A stretch of DNA of 64,000 nucleotides from Trueperaceae bacterium (GTDB lineage: Bacteria; Deinococcota; Deinococci; Deinococcales; Trueperaceae), in NCBI GenBank assembly GCA_965214405.1, contig OZ243956.1:3392001-3456000 (forward strand), given 5' to 3'. The notes beneath the pieces are model-generated. The model was given only the letters and a program-made list of their open reading frames with translations. It searched no databases and was not told the origin of the DNA. The stretch's first letter is position 1, and the number at the start of each line of letters is the position of its first letter. This document shows, in pieces, positions 50,772 through 60,472 of this stretch. Position numbers and translations under genes: made by a program.

Positions 50772-51889
50772 AAGATTCCTTTGCGGGCCAAAAGCTCGGT
50801 GTAAAGTTCTTCCCAAAGGTCGACGACGCGGCCCAGGGCGTAGGTTGCTTCGATGTGGGCTCGACCGGCCTCGCCCATGCGTTTGCGCGCCGACTCCGGC
50901 AGACGCACAAGGCGTTTCACCGCGTCGGCCAAGGCGGATGGATTTCTCGGCGGCACCAAAAAACCGCCGCGGCCACCTCCCAGCAGTTCCGCCGCGCCGC
51001 CGACCTCGGTTGCCACCACAGGTTTCGCCGCGGCGAGCGCCTCCATCATAACGTTGGGTAGGCCCTCCCAGGACGAAGAGAGCACAAGCGCGTCGGCAGC
51101 TTTCAAGAGGTCGGGCACGTCCTCTCTAAAGCCGAGAAAGGTGACGCGCTTTTCCAGGCCGAGACGCTGCGCGCGCGCCTCGAGCGCCCCCCGTTCCGCC
51201 CCTTCGCCCGCGATAACGAGCTTGACCGGCAACCCGGAGAGTTCTCCAAAGGCGGCGAGCAGCGTCGGGTAGTCCTTTTGCGGCTGCAACCGTCCCGCGG
51301 CGAGCCAAAGAAAGACGTCGGGGCCAACGGAGAGCGCCCGCCGCACCGCCTCTCTGCTCTCGCCCGGCGTGGGGAGCAACACACCGTTGGGAATCACCCG
51401 GAGGCGACGCGCGGATACCACGCCCCGCGCCACAAGTTGCCTTGCGACCCGTTCTGAGTTGGTGGTCGTCACATCGGCGAGAGCGTCCGTAAGGCGCATC
51501 GCGCGGTCTCGCCACGCGCCGCCAAAGCTTTCGTTTCTAACCGACGAGACGACGACCGGCACCCCGGCGAGGCGTCCTGCCGAGCGTCCAAGCAGGTTGG
51601 CGTGAAAGAGAAAAGAGCATAAAAGGGCAGGTCGGAGTGTTTGCAAGAGGGTAACGAGTTTGTACAAGGCGCGGGGGTCGGGGACGCCCGGCGTCATCTC
51701 GAGCGACGTGACGCCGACCCCCGCCGCCCTGAGTTCCGGCACAAAGGCTCGAGGCGGGCGCATCGACACGACGTGAACGGTCCAGCCGCGCGCCCTTAGC
51801 TCAACCGCAAGCCGGACAAGCTGCGTTTCCGCGCCGCCATACATCAGGCCGGTCACAAGCAGGACGATACCTCTACGCTTAATGGTCAC
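50768..51889 (-). CDS. Glycosyltransferase family 4
   Basis: GGAE, GRLQPQKD, EGLPNVMMEAL. Confidence 0.9.
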   Translation of the reverse strand: MTIKRRGIVLLVTGLMYGGAETQLVRLAVELRARGWTVHVVSMRPPRAFVPELRAAGVGVTSLEMTPGVPDPRALYKLVTLLQTLRPALLCSFLFHANLLGRSAGRLAGVPVVVSSVRNESFGGAWRDRAMRLTDALADVTTTNSERVARQLVARGVVSARRLRVIPNGVLLPTPGESREAVRRALSVGPDVFLWLAAGRLQPQKDYPTLLAAFGELSGLPVKLVIAGEGAERGALEARAQRLGLEKRVTFLGFREDVPDLLKAADALVLSSSWEGLPNVMMEALAAAKPVVATEVGGAAELLGGGRGGFLVPPRNPSALADAVKRLVRLPESARKRMGEAGRAHIEATYALGRVVDLWEELYTELLARKGIF

Positions 51890-53289
51890 CGTTTAGCAGG
51901 AGCAGCTTGAACTTGGGCGCGTCTCATCCGCGAGAATAGGAGAGACGCAACGGCCGGAACGAACAACAAACAAGAAGACACGATGAGCTGAAACCCGTCC
52001 CGAACCACCAGGTTGGGCTGCGCGTACATCACCCGGTAGGACACGAACAACATCCAGGCCACGCGGAACATCACGATAAGAAAGCGTTCGTCCATAGGAA
52101 GCAGCCGTTCGAAAAGAACCAGCAGCACCCCGAAGAAAAACGTCGTCAGCAAAATGCCCACCACACCCGCGCTAAAGTAACCGAAAGAAACGATGTCAAC
52201 CGGAATCCCCCCGCTACTGGGATTGAACAAAAAGGTGTTGATTTGGGACACGTCCGGGGGAGGTTCAAACCCGATGACTCGCTGCGGCAGGAGGTAAAGA
52301 AGCGCCAGGGGAAGATCGCTAAACCAGCGAAAAGGCGCGTGGGCAGGCACCTCTTGAATTACGTTGGCGACGTCCAAGGTCGGAAAAATGTACTCCACGA
52401 ACAGGCTGTTCAGGGTGTAAGACGCGTCGTTAAGCACGTGTCTTAGCTGCAGGAAGAACGCTTCGGGATGGACTAAATAATTGAAAAGCTCTTTGCCAAA
52501 AAGAACGAGAAAGACGAAGACCAGGCCGCCCAGCACCACATATCTTTTGTTGATGCGGTTGCGGTACACCATCCTAGCCGCGGGAAACGTTAACAGGTAC
52601 GTGAACAGGTTGAGCCTTCCGGCCTGGTGAAACAGGGTGGCGAGGGAGGTGAGAAAGGCCGCGACGAAGAGAACGGCGGCCAGCCGCCGCGTCACCCTGC
52701 CGCTCGCCGGGGTTGAACAGAGCGCAAAAAAGATAAACGAAGACCCGAGGGCCAGGGGAATAACATTTTTTAGAAACGCCAGTTTCGAGACGAAAAGCGG
52801 GTTGTCCAGCCGCAACACCATCGCAAGCGCAAAGAAGTTGCCGACGCCGCCGATGCTCTGCACATAAACCACCAGAGAAACGAGGCTTATCCCGAGCAGA
52901 AGCGTGCCCGCGGTCAAAAGGTAGCCTGTGCCGGTCAAGCTAAGAAGTTCGGGCAGAACCGCTTTCTGAGCGTTTTTGACAAACGCGCGCGCAACGGTGT
53001 AACCCGCAAGAATGCACAAGTAGCCAATCAGGGACAAAAGAGACGCGTAAACGAACGCCGAATCGTTGAAATTCGTTTTGAACATCCAGTCCCAGAACGT
53101 ACCCCGGAAGATGTCAAGGTTGGCAAGCTGCAAGTAGACGGGGACAAAAACAAAACTTATAAAGTACACGACGCTGGTCGCGCGTAAAAAGTCGATAAGC
53201 CCGGCCACTCTTCCTCTCGCCAGCTCCGCAAAAAAGATGATCAAGCCCAGAAGCAGCGCCGTACAAACGATGATGACGCTGTTTAACAT
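51886..53289 (-). CDS. Polysaccharide polymerase (Wzy-like) membrane protein
   Basis: Many TM segments, lower GC, and position among the GTs next to a flippase. Confidence 0.65.
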   Translation of the reverse strand: MLNSVIIVCTALLLGLIIFFAELARGRVAGLIDFLRATSVVYFISFVFVPVYLQLANLDIFRGTFWDWMFKTNFNDSAFVYASLLSLIGYLCILAGYTVARAFVKNAQKAVLPELLSLTGTGYLLTAGTLLLGISLVSLVVYVQSIGGVGNFFALAMVLRLDNPLFVSKLAFLKNVIPLALGSSFIFFALCSTPASGRVTRRLAAVLFVAAFLTSLATLFHQAGRLNLFTYLLTFPAARMVYRNRINKRYVVLGGLVFVFLVLFGKELFNYLVHPEAFFLQLRHVLNDASYTLNSLFVEYIFPTLDVANVIQEVPAHAPFRWFSDLPLALLYLLPQRVIGFEPPPDVSQINTFLFNPSSGGIPVDIVSFGYFSAGVVGILLTTFFFGVLLVLFERLLPMDERFLIVMFRVAWMLFVSYRVMYAQPNLVVRDGFQLIVSSCLLFVPAVASLLFSRMRRAQVQAAPAKR

Positions 53290-54404
53290 GGGGCCTCGAG
53301 CAGACGCAAATACTCCGTCACGCCTGTGTGAACCGAAAAGGTTTGAAGACGTTTTCTAAAAAATAGGTCATCGGCAGGGGCGGCGAGAGCGTCCGTGATG
53401 GCTTGCGACATAGCGCCAACATCTCCAACCGGCACCAACTTCCCATACTTCCCGTTCCCCAGCACCTCTGCAGGCCCCGCCTCACAATCGGTCGCCACAG
53501 CTTTTACCTTCAAGGCCAGTGCTTCGACAAGAACAAGGGACAAGCCTTCCCGAAGAGAAGAGAGAACAAACACACCGGATTTTGCCATGAACGCATACGG
53601 ATTAGCCACCCAACCGGGGAGCCACACCTCAGCCTCGAGACCCCACACAGCAACCAACCGCTCCAACGCCCCCCGCTCTTCTCCCTCACCCAGAATAACA
53701 AGCCGCGCCTCCTGACCCGCGTCGTTCGCCCGGACCCTGGCAAACGCTTCGATAAGCAAAGAAAAGTTTTTGACTCCGGTCAGCCGCCCCGCGCCCAGCA
53801 CGACTGGCGGCGCGCCGGGCGCGAACCAGGGATGGTCTACGGGTTCCTGCGCCCGCTCAAACAGTTCGGGTGTGACGACGGGATTATAAATAACCCGGAT
53901 GCGCTCGCGGGGCACGTGGATGAGGCGCTCGAGGTCGTCAGCCACGCCCTTTGAAACGGCGACGACGGCGTCGGCCTGGGGGTAAAAAAGGCGCGCGGCG
54001 GTGGGGAGCCATCTCTCTTTGGCAGTTGCTCGCTGCACACCTTGAGAAGAAAAAGCTCGAGAGGGCAAGCTGTGGACGCTCACGACGACGCGCGTGTCCG
54101 TACCCGCCAGCCTTTTGGCGAGGAGCGCCACCACGTTGGCGTGGTCCAGCGCGCTAAGGAGCGTTTTCGGGCGCTCTTTATGTAAGTAGCGCACCAGGGC
54201 GGGGAGGGCGGCGAGCACGCGCGGCGCGTTCAAATCCACCACGCGCACCGCCGGGTGAAGCTGTGACAGGTAAGGCCCCTCGGCCTTGGCGAGCACCAGG
54301 TCTACCTCATGAGCGCGCGCAACAAAACCGTTCGCCAAGGTGACCATAACCCGTTCCGCGCCGCCCCCGGCGAGCGAGGGCAGAAAAAGAGCGTTACGGT
54401 TCAC
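53283..54404 (-). CDS. Glycosyltransferase family 4
   Basis: GGGAERV, GRLTGVKN, EGLSLVLVEAL. Confidence 0.9.
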   Translation of the reverse strand: MNRNALFLPSLAGGGAERVMVTLANGFVARAHEVDLVLAKAEGPYLSQLHPAVRVVDLNAPRVLAALPALVRYLHKERPKTLLSALDHANVVALLAKRLAGTDTRVVVSVHSLPSRAFSSQGVQRATAKERWLPTAARLFYPQADAVVAVSKGVADDLERLIHVPRERIRVIYNPVVTPELFERAQEPVDHPWFAPGAPPVVLGAGRLTGVKNFSLLIEAFARVRANDAGQEARLVILGEGEERGALERLVAVWGLEAEVWLPGWVANPYAFMAKSGVFVLSSLREGLSLVLVEALALKVKAVATDCEAGPAEVLGNGKYGKLVPVGDVGAMSQAITDALAAPADDLFFRKRLQTFSVHTGVTEYLRLLEAPC

Positions 54405-55839
54405 GGTGATAGTTCCGCAATAAGCGCCACAGTAAACGCCGCGCGGTCGGGGCGAAAAGCTCTGAGCGAACCTCGGCGGTGTCTAGCGCAAAGAGCGCCG
54501 CGGCGTAGACAAGCGCGCCCAACATCACTTGCGCGAGGAGAAGCGCGCCGCCCTCCCAACGAAGCGTCGGCAGCAGCGCGAGCCCCATGAGAAGCGTTGC
54601 GAGCGCGATTTTGGCGAGGTCGCGCCGGGGAAAGGGCAGAGGAAAGCGCCGCCCGAGCCGCCAACTCATCAAGACGCCCACCGCGTAGGCCACGACGGTT
54701 GCGTAGGCCGCGCCAGGGTAGCCGAGGCGCGGAATCCACAGGAGGTTGAGCGCAAGGTTGACAAAAGCGGCGGTGGCGGTAACCAAAAGAAGCGAGGTCG
54801 TATTTTCCGCGAGTTGAAAGCTCAAGTCGAGGTAGTAGGCCCGAACACCCGCCAGGAGCGCGCCAAGGGTGATGAGGGGGATGAGGAGCGTGGCCGCACC
54901 CCCAAACGCAGGTCCCAACACAACCTCGGAAACGTTATGGGCCAGCAAGCTCAGCCCTGTGGCGGCGGGTAGCGCGACGGCGAGGAGGGCGACGGCGTGT
55001 TGGGTGAGATTCTCACGCGCGGCTCGGGTGCCCTCCTGCTCGAGCGCCCGCACCACAAGCGGATAAGACGCCAGCGTCACGGTCATCATCAGCACCGTCA
55101 CCGTGCCTTGCGCCAAATCGTACGAGGCGGCGTAGAGACCCGCGGCCTCGGCGTTCACAAGCCAGCCGAGGAGCAGGCGATCCGAAGAATTCACGATGAA
55201 CGATAGCGCAAAGGTCGCGGTAAGGGGCAAACCGTAGCGGAGCAGCCGACGTAGGAGAACCGGGTCGACCTTTAGAGATGCGCCGCGCCAGTCGGACAAG
55301 GTGAAAAGCGTCGGCAGCAGCGCGCCGAGGATAGCGCCCACCACCACGCCCGCCGCGCCGAAGCCCCGGTAAACCAGCCACCCACCCAGCGAGAGAGAAA
55401 GAAGAGATTTGGCGAGCGCCAGCCCGCCGTAACGCGCGGGGCGAAGGCTCGCGCGCGTTCCTTCTATATTGAGTTCAAACCAGGCTTGAGCGAGAACCAG
55501 GGCGGCACCCAGGGCGATAAAAGGGCGGGCCGCGGCGCTAGACAAAAGGAGCGCCGCCCCCGTGAGCGTCACCGTGCCGACGACGAGCAGCAAAAAGCCC
55601 GTGAGCACGGTGCCAAAAAGCTCCTCGCGCGTGTTAAAGGCGGCGAAAAATCTGAGTAAACCCAGCGCGAGCCACCTGAAAAAAACCGCGCCGACGAGCT
55701 CGGCGCTCGCCACGAGCAGGGCGTAACGTCCGTAGGCGTCGGGCAGCAGCAGGCGCGTGAAAAGGGCCAGGGCGATAAAGTTGACGAGGCCGGGCATGCC
55801 TCGAGCGAGCAGATAAAAGGCGCTATGACGAAGCAGCAT
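54394..55839 (-). CDS. Polysaccharide flippase (Wzx-like)
   Basis: LFTRLLLPDAYG, YGLPL, SDRLLL, GAAYAT; about 12-14 TM segments. Confidence 0.85.
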   Translation of the reverse strand: MLLRHSAFYLLARGMPGLVNFIALALFTRLLLPDAYGRYALLVASAELVGAVFFRWLALGLLRFFAAFNTREELFGTVLTGFLLLVVGTVTLTGAALLLSSAAARPFIALGAALVLAQAWFELNIEGTRASLRPARYGGLALAKSLLSLSLGGWLVYRGFGAAGVVVGAILGALLPTLFTLSDWRGASLKVDPVLLRRLLRYGLPLTATFALSFIVNSSDRLLLGWLVNAEAAGLYAASYDLAQGTVTVLMMTVTLASYPLVVRALEQEGTRAARENLTQHAVALLAVALPAATGLSLLAHNVSEVVLGPAFGGAATLLIPLITLGALLAGVRAYYLDLSFQLAENTTSLLLVTATAAFVNLALNLLWIPRLGYPGAAYATVVAYAVGVLMSWRLGRRFPLPFPRRDLAKIALATLLMGLALLPTLRWEGGALLLAQVMLGALVYAAALFALDTAEVRSELFAPTARRLLWRLLRNYHREP

Positions 55840-55863
55840 GGGGAGGGGGTGCGGAGGGTCCGC

Positions 55864-57525
55864 TTACCGCGTGTTCGTCTCTGCCGGGTTGGGTGACGGG
55901 CGGGGGACCTCGAGTACGTCTTCGTTCTTTTTTTTGCCCTTTTCCTCGCCTGTTCCTTCACTCTTTCCCTCGCCTGTTCCTTCACCATAGCCGTACCCGT
56001 AACCTCCCGCCGAACCTAACCGAGCGGGCGAGAGGCGCGTCGCCACCGCGCCCAACAGCGGCACGCCGACGCGCCCGAAAAGCTCGACCGCCGCGCGGAC
56101 GTGCCGCTGGTCGGACGAGCCGGGGGAAGCGGCGAGCAGCGCGCCGGAACACTGCGGCGCGATTACGAGCGTGTCCGCGACGGGCAGCACGGGCGCGGAG
56201 TCAATGATGATCACGTCAAACGCCTCCCGCCACTCGTTCAGGCGTTCCCTAAACCCAAAGGAGAGCAGTTCGGCGGGCGCGGGCGCGGGTTTGAACGAGG
56301 GGACGAGGTGGAGGTTGGGGGCGACGTTGGGGGGTTCATGGGTTTCGTGAAGGTTCTCGAGCAGGTCCTGCAACGTGAGCACCGGAGGACGCACCTTGTA
56401 TTCCTCGGCCAAGACGGGTTTGCGTAAGTCGGCGTCGACAAGGAGCGTCCGAAAACCGTTGCGCGCAAAAGATTCGGCCACACTTAGCGCCACGCTCGAT
56501 TTGCCCTCGCTCGACTGGGGGCTTGTGACCAGAATGACACGGGGCTCGGCGGGGGTGGCGAAAAGCAGATTGGTCCGCAAGTAGCCCGCGCGCTCGCCGG
56601 GTAGACGGCGGCCCGAGGCCTGTTTGGCGAACTCGCCCAACACGGGCAGACCGCTCACCCGAGCTAAATCCTCCGAGTCGCGGACGCGGGTGTTGAGTGC
56701 GCTCCGCAGGGCCAGCGCGCCGTAGACGCCGAAGAGCCCAAGAATAAACGCGACCGCCGCGTTTAAGAGGGGCCGGGGAAAGGTGGGCTTGGTGGGCAGG
56801 GCGGCGGGCTCGAGGGGCTCGAGCAGCCCCAAGGGCGAATCACTAAGCGCGCGGGTGAGCTCTAACTGCGTCGCCTGCTGCGCGCGCAGCGCCAGTAGCG
56901 AGGCGTAGGGCACCGACGCTGTTTCTCTTTTTGTTTCCCCACCTGTTCCCTCACCTGCCCCCTCATTCTCAGCGGCAAGGCTCGCCAAGCGCGTGTCGAG
57001 CGCCGCGACCTGCCCCTCCAAATCCAGCACGAGATTACGAAGCGTTTGCGTGGCGCGCGCCTGGTCCCAGGCCACGAGAGAAAGCGCGGCTGCGTTCGCT
57101 TTTTCCGCCGCGCCCGCCGCGCTCTCGCCCCGCGCCCGGTAGCGAATGAGCACCGAAGTCGAGCGGCGATTTTCTTCGGTGGTTACGGTGAGGTCGTCGC
57201 GCAACCTTTCGACCGCCAGGGGCGTGACTCTCTGACCGAGGCGCGCTAAAGCTGCCTCCAACACCGGGTTACTCAGCGCCGCCTCCCGGTAGATTTCACC
57301 GCCCAAAAGCGTTCCGGGCGCGCTGGGAAGCGCCGAGGTCGCCCCCTCTGAAGCGCGTTCCGCGGCGAGCACGCTTCCTTCGGCGCGGTAGCTGGGGCTC
57401 ACGAGAAAACTCAGCCCGTAAGCGAGACCCGCAAGGGCGAGGGCGGTGAAAAGCGCGAGGAGAAAGCCGCGCCTAAGAAACCTGACGAGGTCGGTGACGC
57501 TAATGTCGGGGGGCTGCGTTGTCAG
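55864..57525 (-). CDS. Polysaccharide co-polymerase / BY-kinase (Wzc-like), probable CTG start
   Basis: Walker A SEGKS, LVDADLRKP, IIIDSAP, and a YGYGY tyrosine cluster. The N-terminal TM helix is encoded upstream of the GTG at 57402. Confidence 0.85.
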   Translation of the reverse strand: MTTQPPDISVTDLVRFLRRGFLLALFTALALAGLAYGLSFLVSPSYRAEGSVLAAERASEGATSALPSAPGTLLGGEIYREAALSNPVLEAALARLGQRVTPLAVERLRDDLTVTTEENRRSTSVLIRYRARGESAAGAAEKANAAALSLVAWDQARATQTLRNLVLDLEGQVAALDTRLASLAAENEGAGEGTGGETKRETASVPYASLLALRAQQATQLELTRALSDSPLGLLEPLEPAALPTKPTFPRPLLNAAVAFILGLFGVYGALALRSALNTRVRDSEDLARVSGLPVLGEFAKQASGRRLPGERAGYLRTNLLFATPAEPRVILVTSPQSSEGKSSVALSVAESFARNGFRTLLVDADLRKPVLAEEYKVRPPVLTLQDLLENLHETHEPPNVAPNLHLVPSFKPAPAPAELLSFGFRERLNEWREAFDVIIIDSAPVLPVADTLVIAPQCSGALLAASPGSSDQRHVRAAVELFGRVGVPLLGAVATRLSPARLGSAGGYGYGYGEGTGEGKSEGTGEEKGKKKNEDVLEVPRPSPNPAETNTR

Positions 57526-57659
57526 GGGAAATCCTTTCGAGAGAACCGTTGAACAAATCGCCAGCTAGGTCATCTAAGGTTAAATCACCCTTAGACCGCT
57601 ACCACCATACCTCACGCGGGGATGTGAAGGTTTATCGGCACCCTTAGTTCAACCTGATA

Positions 57660-58946
57660 TCAACCAGCATCGTGAGGATTTCCGGCAACGCTGTGCAGCG
57701 TACCCGCGGCGACGTAAGCCAAAAACGCGTTCGCCGGGATGATGGTCAAGTTACCATCCACCAAACCGTGGATAAGAAGCGCTGCGAGTCCGGCTTTGAA
57801 GCCCCAGCGCAGGGCGCGCGGTAGCGGCGAAGGGCGCGCGAGAACGGCGAACCAAAAACCCAAAAAGGCCAAGAGCGCGAGGAGGCCGCTCTCGCTTGCG
57901 ACTTGCAGGTAATCGTTATGTGCATAGTTGACCAAACCATGTAACTGCCTCTGGGCTACCGTACGCGCCTCCGCAGGGCGGTATTGGGGGAGCGCGTAGA
58001 CGAGGTTGCCGGGTCCGACCCCCAACCAGGGATGTTTGGCTGTCACGTTGAGGCTCGAGCGCGCAATCAGCCAACGACCCGCGACGTTGGGATCGTGGCG
58101 CAGGTCCAAAAGCGTCGTAATCCGCCACCTCAAACCGTACCCGGTCTCGCGCGGCGCGTAGGCGACGCCCGCGATAACGGTGAGGAGGACCAAAAAGCCG
58201 CCCACAAGTCCAGCCTTTAGCAGCGCCTTGAGCTGCGCGCTAGGAGAACGCCGGATGAAACTCACGAGCACCCCCCCCGCCGCCAGCGCCACAGCCAGCC
58301 ACGTCCCCCTCGAGAACGTCAGCGCGACATTGGCCAAAAGGAGCGCGGCAAGCCCGCCGTAACCGAGCTTGGCAAGCCGCGTTTTGGCGTGCAAAAAGAG
58401 GCTCAGGACGAACGGTGTAAGGAGGTCCAAAAAGCCCCCGTAGTGGTTCGGGTTGTAGTAGGTGCTCGAGAGCCGCCCGATAAGCCCTTCCGGAAGCCTC
58501 CCCAGGCCGAACCACTGGACGAAACCGTAAAGACCCATAAGACAGGCCACGGTGACAAAGCTTGCAACAAGCCAGCGGCGGCGTGTGGGCGTGGTCGTTA
58601 AGCCCCAAGCAAGCACAAAGCCGCTCGCATAAACAGAAATCGTCAGCGCTTCCTGCAAACTCCCGAAAGGATAGGCGCTCCTTGCGGCGCTTAGAACACT
58701 TAAGCCTGCATAGACCAGGAGAGGCAGGAGTAAGGGCAGAGGGGGAAGCTTCAGGCGCCCAGTGGTTCCGGCGGCAAGCAGGAGCAGCGTGAGGCTGATG
58801 ACGCCAAGGGCGCGGAGGATAAAAAGGCTCCAGGGATAAACGGCACCCTGCGCGAGGGGTACCAACGTCGTCACCAAGAGGAGGATGAACGCAGCGCGCT
58901 CGAGCCACCTTCCCACGTTCTCCCTTAACACCTGCGGGTCACTCAC
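57660..58946 (-). CDS. O-antigen ligase (Wzy_C) family protein
   Basis: YYNPNHYGG, TFSRG, PWLGVGPG, AHNDYLQ, HGLVD. Confidence 0.88.
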   Translation of the reverse strand: MSDPQVLRENVGRWLERAAFILLLVTTLVPLAQGAVYPWSLFILRALGVISLTLLLLAAGTTGRLKLPPLPLLLPLLVYAGLSVLSAARSAYPFGSLQEALTISVYASGFVLAWGLTTTPTRRRWLVASFVTVACLMGLYGFVQWFGLGRLPEGLIGRLSSTYYNPNHYGGFLDLLTPFVLSLFLHAKTRLAKLGYGGLAALLLANVALTFSRGTWLAVALAAGGVLVSFIRRSPSAQLKALLKAGLVGGFLVLLTVIAGVAYAPRETGYGLRWRITTLLDLRHDPNVAGRWLIARSSLNVTAKHPWLGVGPGNLVYALPQYRPAEARTVAQRQLHGLVNYAHNDYLQVASESGLLALLAFLGFWFAVLARPSPLPRALRWGFKAGLAALLIHGLVDGNLTIIPANAFLAYVAAGTLHSVAGNPHDAG

Positions 58947-58956
58947 AGACGTTCAC

Positions 58957-59535
58957 TTACGGATGTTCCAGGGCCTCGAGGCGCGCCTCTATACGCGCGT
59001 CCTCCCGCACGTCGAGCGCGCGTTTATAAAAAGAGGCGGCCTCGTTTTGTCGGTTTGACTGCTCGAGCAGCCTGCCCAGCGCGTAGAGGAGAGACGCGTT
59101 GTGCGGGTCGCGCGCCAGCGCCTCCTCAAAGGCGGCTTGCGCCTCGTCAAGGTGCCCCTGCGCCGCCTGCGCCCGGCCCAGGTCGCCGTAGAGCGTCGCG
59201 TCTTGCGGGTTGAGGGCGAGCGCCCGCGTGTACGCCGCGACCGCCCCCACCGCGGCGTCTGGCGTGGCGTCCGGCGCGCCGCGCCAGGCGTAGATGAGTT
59301 CTTGCACCTCTCCTGTTTTTTGCCAGACCCGCGCGCCCCGCGGCGTGAGCCTTTGCGCCCTTTCTAAGGCGTCCAGCGCCGCGCCAAAACGCCCCCAGCT
59401 CACCGCCTCGTCCGCGCGTCCCAAGGCGCGCGCGGCCAAATAAGGCGTCGTCAGGGTGTACAAAAGAAAACCGCCCCCCACCAGCGCGCCGACCACAAGG
59501 AGCAGCCGGACGGGAGGAGAGAGGCGGAGGAGCAT
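58957..59535 (-). CDS. Membrane-anchored TPR protein
   Basis: N-terminal TM and TPR-like repeats (AYTRALALNP, AFEEALARDP). Confidence 0.8.
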   Translation of the reverse strand: MLLRLSPPVRLLLVVGALVGGGFLLYTLTTPYLAARALGRADEAVSWGRFGAALDALERAQRLTPRGARVWQKTGEVQELIYAWRGAPDATPDAAVGAVAAYTRALALNPQDATLYGDLGRAQAAQGHLDEAQAAFEEALARDPHNASLLYALGRLLEQSNRQNEAASFYKRALDVREDARIEARLEALEHP

Positions 59536-59578
59536 TTAATAGATAAAGGGTGGCTTCGGTTCTTATGTTTGGGTACGT

Positions 59579-60124
59579 TTAGGGCGTGACAAGTGGACGC
59601 AAGGGGCTGATGGCAAGGTCATACGCGTCACTCAGCTCGCCCACCAGCCCGTCGACCACCACCGAGGTAATGATGCTGGCGATACTCAAGCTGTCGAGGT
59701 TCCCCGCCTCGTCACCCAAAGGGACGCGTAGCCCCAGCGCACTCAGCGCCGCCTCCGCAGTGACTAAGATGTTCGGGTCGCTCAAGTCAAGAGGTAGAAC
59801 GCCGTTTAAGAAGTCGGCGAGAAAGAGGATAAATACATTTCTGGGCAGCACCTCCGCGGCGATGGCCGCTTGCATGTCGGTTTGCAGGGTCGGCGCGAGG
59901 ATGCCCAGCGCCGTCAGCCTCTCCAAGAGCGCCGTCGCAAACGCCGCCGCGTCGTCTTGAGACAGGCCTGTGTCCTCGAGCTCAGCCACGAGTTGCGGGT
60001 CGACAATGTTGGCAAACGCGACCACCGCCTGTGCCGCCGGGTTGGTCCCTTGCGCCAGTCCGACGCTCGTAAAAGCAGCCAGTGTAATGACGAGTATGGT
60101 GATAAAGCTTTTTATGTAAGTCAT
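59579..60124 (-). CDS. Secreted hypothetical protein
   Basis: AGGAGG RBS and signal peptide MTYIKSFITILVITLAAFTSVGLAQ. Confidence 0.7.
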   Translation of the reverse strand: MTYIKSFITILVITLAAFTSVGLAQGTNPAAQAVVAFANIVDPQLVAELEDTGLSQDDAAAFATALLERLTALGILAPTLQTDMQAAIAAEVLPRNVFILFLADFLNGVLPLDLSDPNILVTAEAALSALGLRVPLGDEAGNLDSLSIASIITSVVVDGLVGELSDAYDLAISPLRPLVTP

Positions 60125-60389
60125 GCTCCCCCTCCTGTTGCTGTAAGGTTGTAGACCAATTTGTAGGCCGTGACTGCCCGGTAACAGGCTGCCTAGTGAT
60201 AAATCAACTGCGCGACATTTGGATCCGACTGTTTTGTCCCGACTTGAAACGCTGGTCCAAAATCCTTGGCTAACGTTACCCAAATCTAATCACAAAGTAT
60301 ACAGGATGGCTTGATGAGACGGGGCGGGGCTGAGGGTGTCGCCTCGAGCGCTCTCACTCCTTAAGTCATAGAGGTTAAGTCGTAGAGGC

Positions 60390-60420
60390 GGCGGGTGGGA
60401 AGATGTTCGCCCCACCCGCC
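60390..60420. terminator. GC hairpin downstream of the collagen-like gene
   Basis: GGCGGGTGGG...CCCACCCGCC 10-bp stem; no clear U-tract. Confidence 0.45.
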
Positions 60421-60472
60421 GGAGACCGAGAGCCGGAAGGTGACACAGCCAAACTGAAGCCTGACCTCTGAC

